From Antechinus flavipes (Eukaryota): 64,000 bases of DNA. The stretch covers positions 94,612,001 through 94,676,000 of the forward strand of contig NC_067399.1 of assembly GCF_016432865.1 (NCBI RefSeq), written 5' to 3'. Below the pieces are notes generated by a model. That model ran no database searches. It worked only from the letters and a program-made list of their open reading frames with translations, and was not told where the DNA came from. A program made the position numbers and the translations under genes. Positions 62,771 to 64,000 of this stretch are shown here, piece after piece. Positions within the stretch are counted from its first letter, which is position 1; each line of letters opens with the position of its first letter.

Positions 62771-64000
62771 TGAATACATTTGGGGGAGTAGATCAAATGA
62801 CAGAGACATATACAGAAGTAAGCTACTGCACAGAACAAAGGGAAGAATGATGTTTTCATTGTGGTTCTCTTTACACTTTGCAACTGGGGCAGGCAAGAAG
62901 GTCTTTTAGGAAGCATAGTGCTTGCTGCATTTAATTGATCATCTGGCAATTAGGTCATTCAGCTTGCCTGGTGAGTGTTCATTGTGCTTTATAAATCATC
63001 ATATTCAATTGACACGTTTGTCTTGAGACAGCTGTTATTTATTTGCTTTAAAACTGTTCCCAGAGTACTTCGGTTTGCTAAAATTAGAAGCCAACGGCAG
63101 AAAGTTGGTTTAGCAATGATGGCTTTCTTGTCTTCAAACTAGCTAGCATCACATGCTGTAATTGCTAAAAATGTCCCTAGCCAGAAACTTTTTTTTCTCT
63201 TTCTCTATCAGAGTTTTTTATGTAATTGAAGACACCTGTTATCTGACCTTTTATGAATATAGTGCTTAATGGAGTACTACTGTATTGGTGCTTTTATCAT
63301 ATTTCTCCAAGTCTTTAGAGAATAATTTTTTTAGGATTCAAGACTATGTACTACTTCCATTTAGTGAAATTTAATTTTTTAAAATAATCTTATAATTTTT
63401 ACATTCTTAAATTGATCTTGAAAGCTGTAACTTCTCTTTCCAGAGTTAGTACATTTTAAAAACTTGTCTAAATCAATCGCTTTGTTGTTGGAATGGGACT
63501 GGATCTGATTTGATTTGGGATAAGGAATTCCCAGATAAGTAAATTCCCTTTGTTGTTGCTATCTTCAATGTGGAGGATCCCCTATTAAATTATTCAAAAT
63601 TTTAAGTGATAACTGAGAGGAAACTAGGATTGGTGGTAAGGAGATTGTTAACAGAAGTAAAATGCTATTGAATTTATTTGAGTCAGCTTAAAAATACTAT
63701 TTAACCCAGTACCACAGAAGGATACTATGTGGTTTATGTTTTCCACTTTAGGGAGATCTTTCTTCTTGCCATTTTAATTCCTTTTCAGGTTTGGGTTATT
63801 GATTATTTCAATTTCTATATAGGTATAAAACACATATATGCCTATATGTGCTTGTGTCTAAGCACATACATATATTTATACACGTGTGCATATGTGTACA
63901 TAGATTTTGTTACCCCCATTTACATTTATGAAGGAATTGGTAGAGGTAGTTATTGTAGAACAAGCTTTAGAACAAATTATGACATATAGAATTTCAGTCT

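Noticed and set aside
61440-64000. Start of the downstream gene STON1
   Set aside because: No CpG island or recognisable coding exon; ORFs 62266, 62707 and 63729 are low-complexity or L2-derived.
1-64000. CRISPR arrays, rRNA/tRNA genes or prokaryotic systems
   Set aside because: None seen; the sequence is a spliced mammalian gene with retroelements.

Overview
This is AT-rich marsupial genomic DNA; the WSINE1/Mar1 SINEs and L1 3' ends suggest a dasyurid, which is my inference. It is not prokaryotic, and I found no CRISPR arrays, operons, rRNA or tRNA. The window carries the 3' part of PPP1R21 (CCDC128/KLRAQ1; Fy-2 of the FERRY Rab5-effector complex) on the + strand. Eighteen coding exons (equivalent to human exons 5-22) splice through GT-AG junctions into one open frame of 1974 nt, i.e. 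657 aa plus TAG at 60764-60766, followed by a 3' UTR with three polyA signals. Exons 1-4 lie upstream of the window. The introns are filled with L1, an ORF1-only HAL1-like element, L2, CR1/L3, RTE, MIR, WSINE1, Mar1 and a hAT MITE. The most notable non-host feature is a 5'-truncated, disabled processed pseudogene of the deubiquitinase USP44, antisense in intron 11 (~16500-17705). Other highlights are two L1 insertions with apparent 3' transductions inside target-site duplications, a near-identical 166-bp dispersed duplication just upstream of the last exon, and a pair of inverted young L1 3' ends bracketing in-frame exons 17-19. I found no convincing new multi-gene system. Comparisons to human proteins and repeat consensus sequences are from memory and need database confirmation. 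Repeat boundaries are approximate unless a TSD is given.
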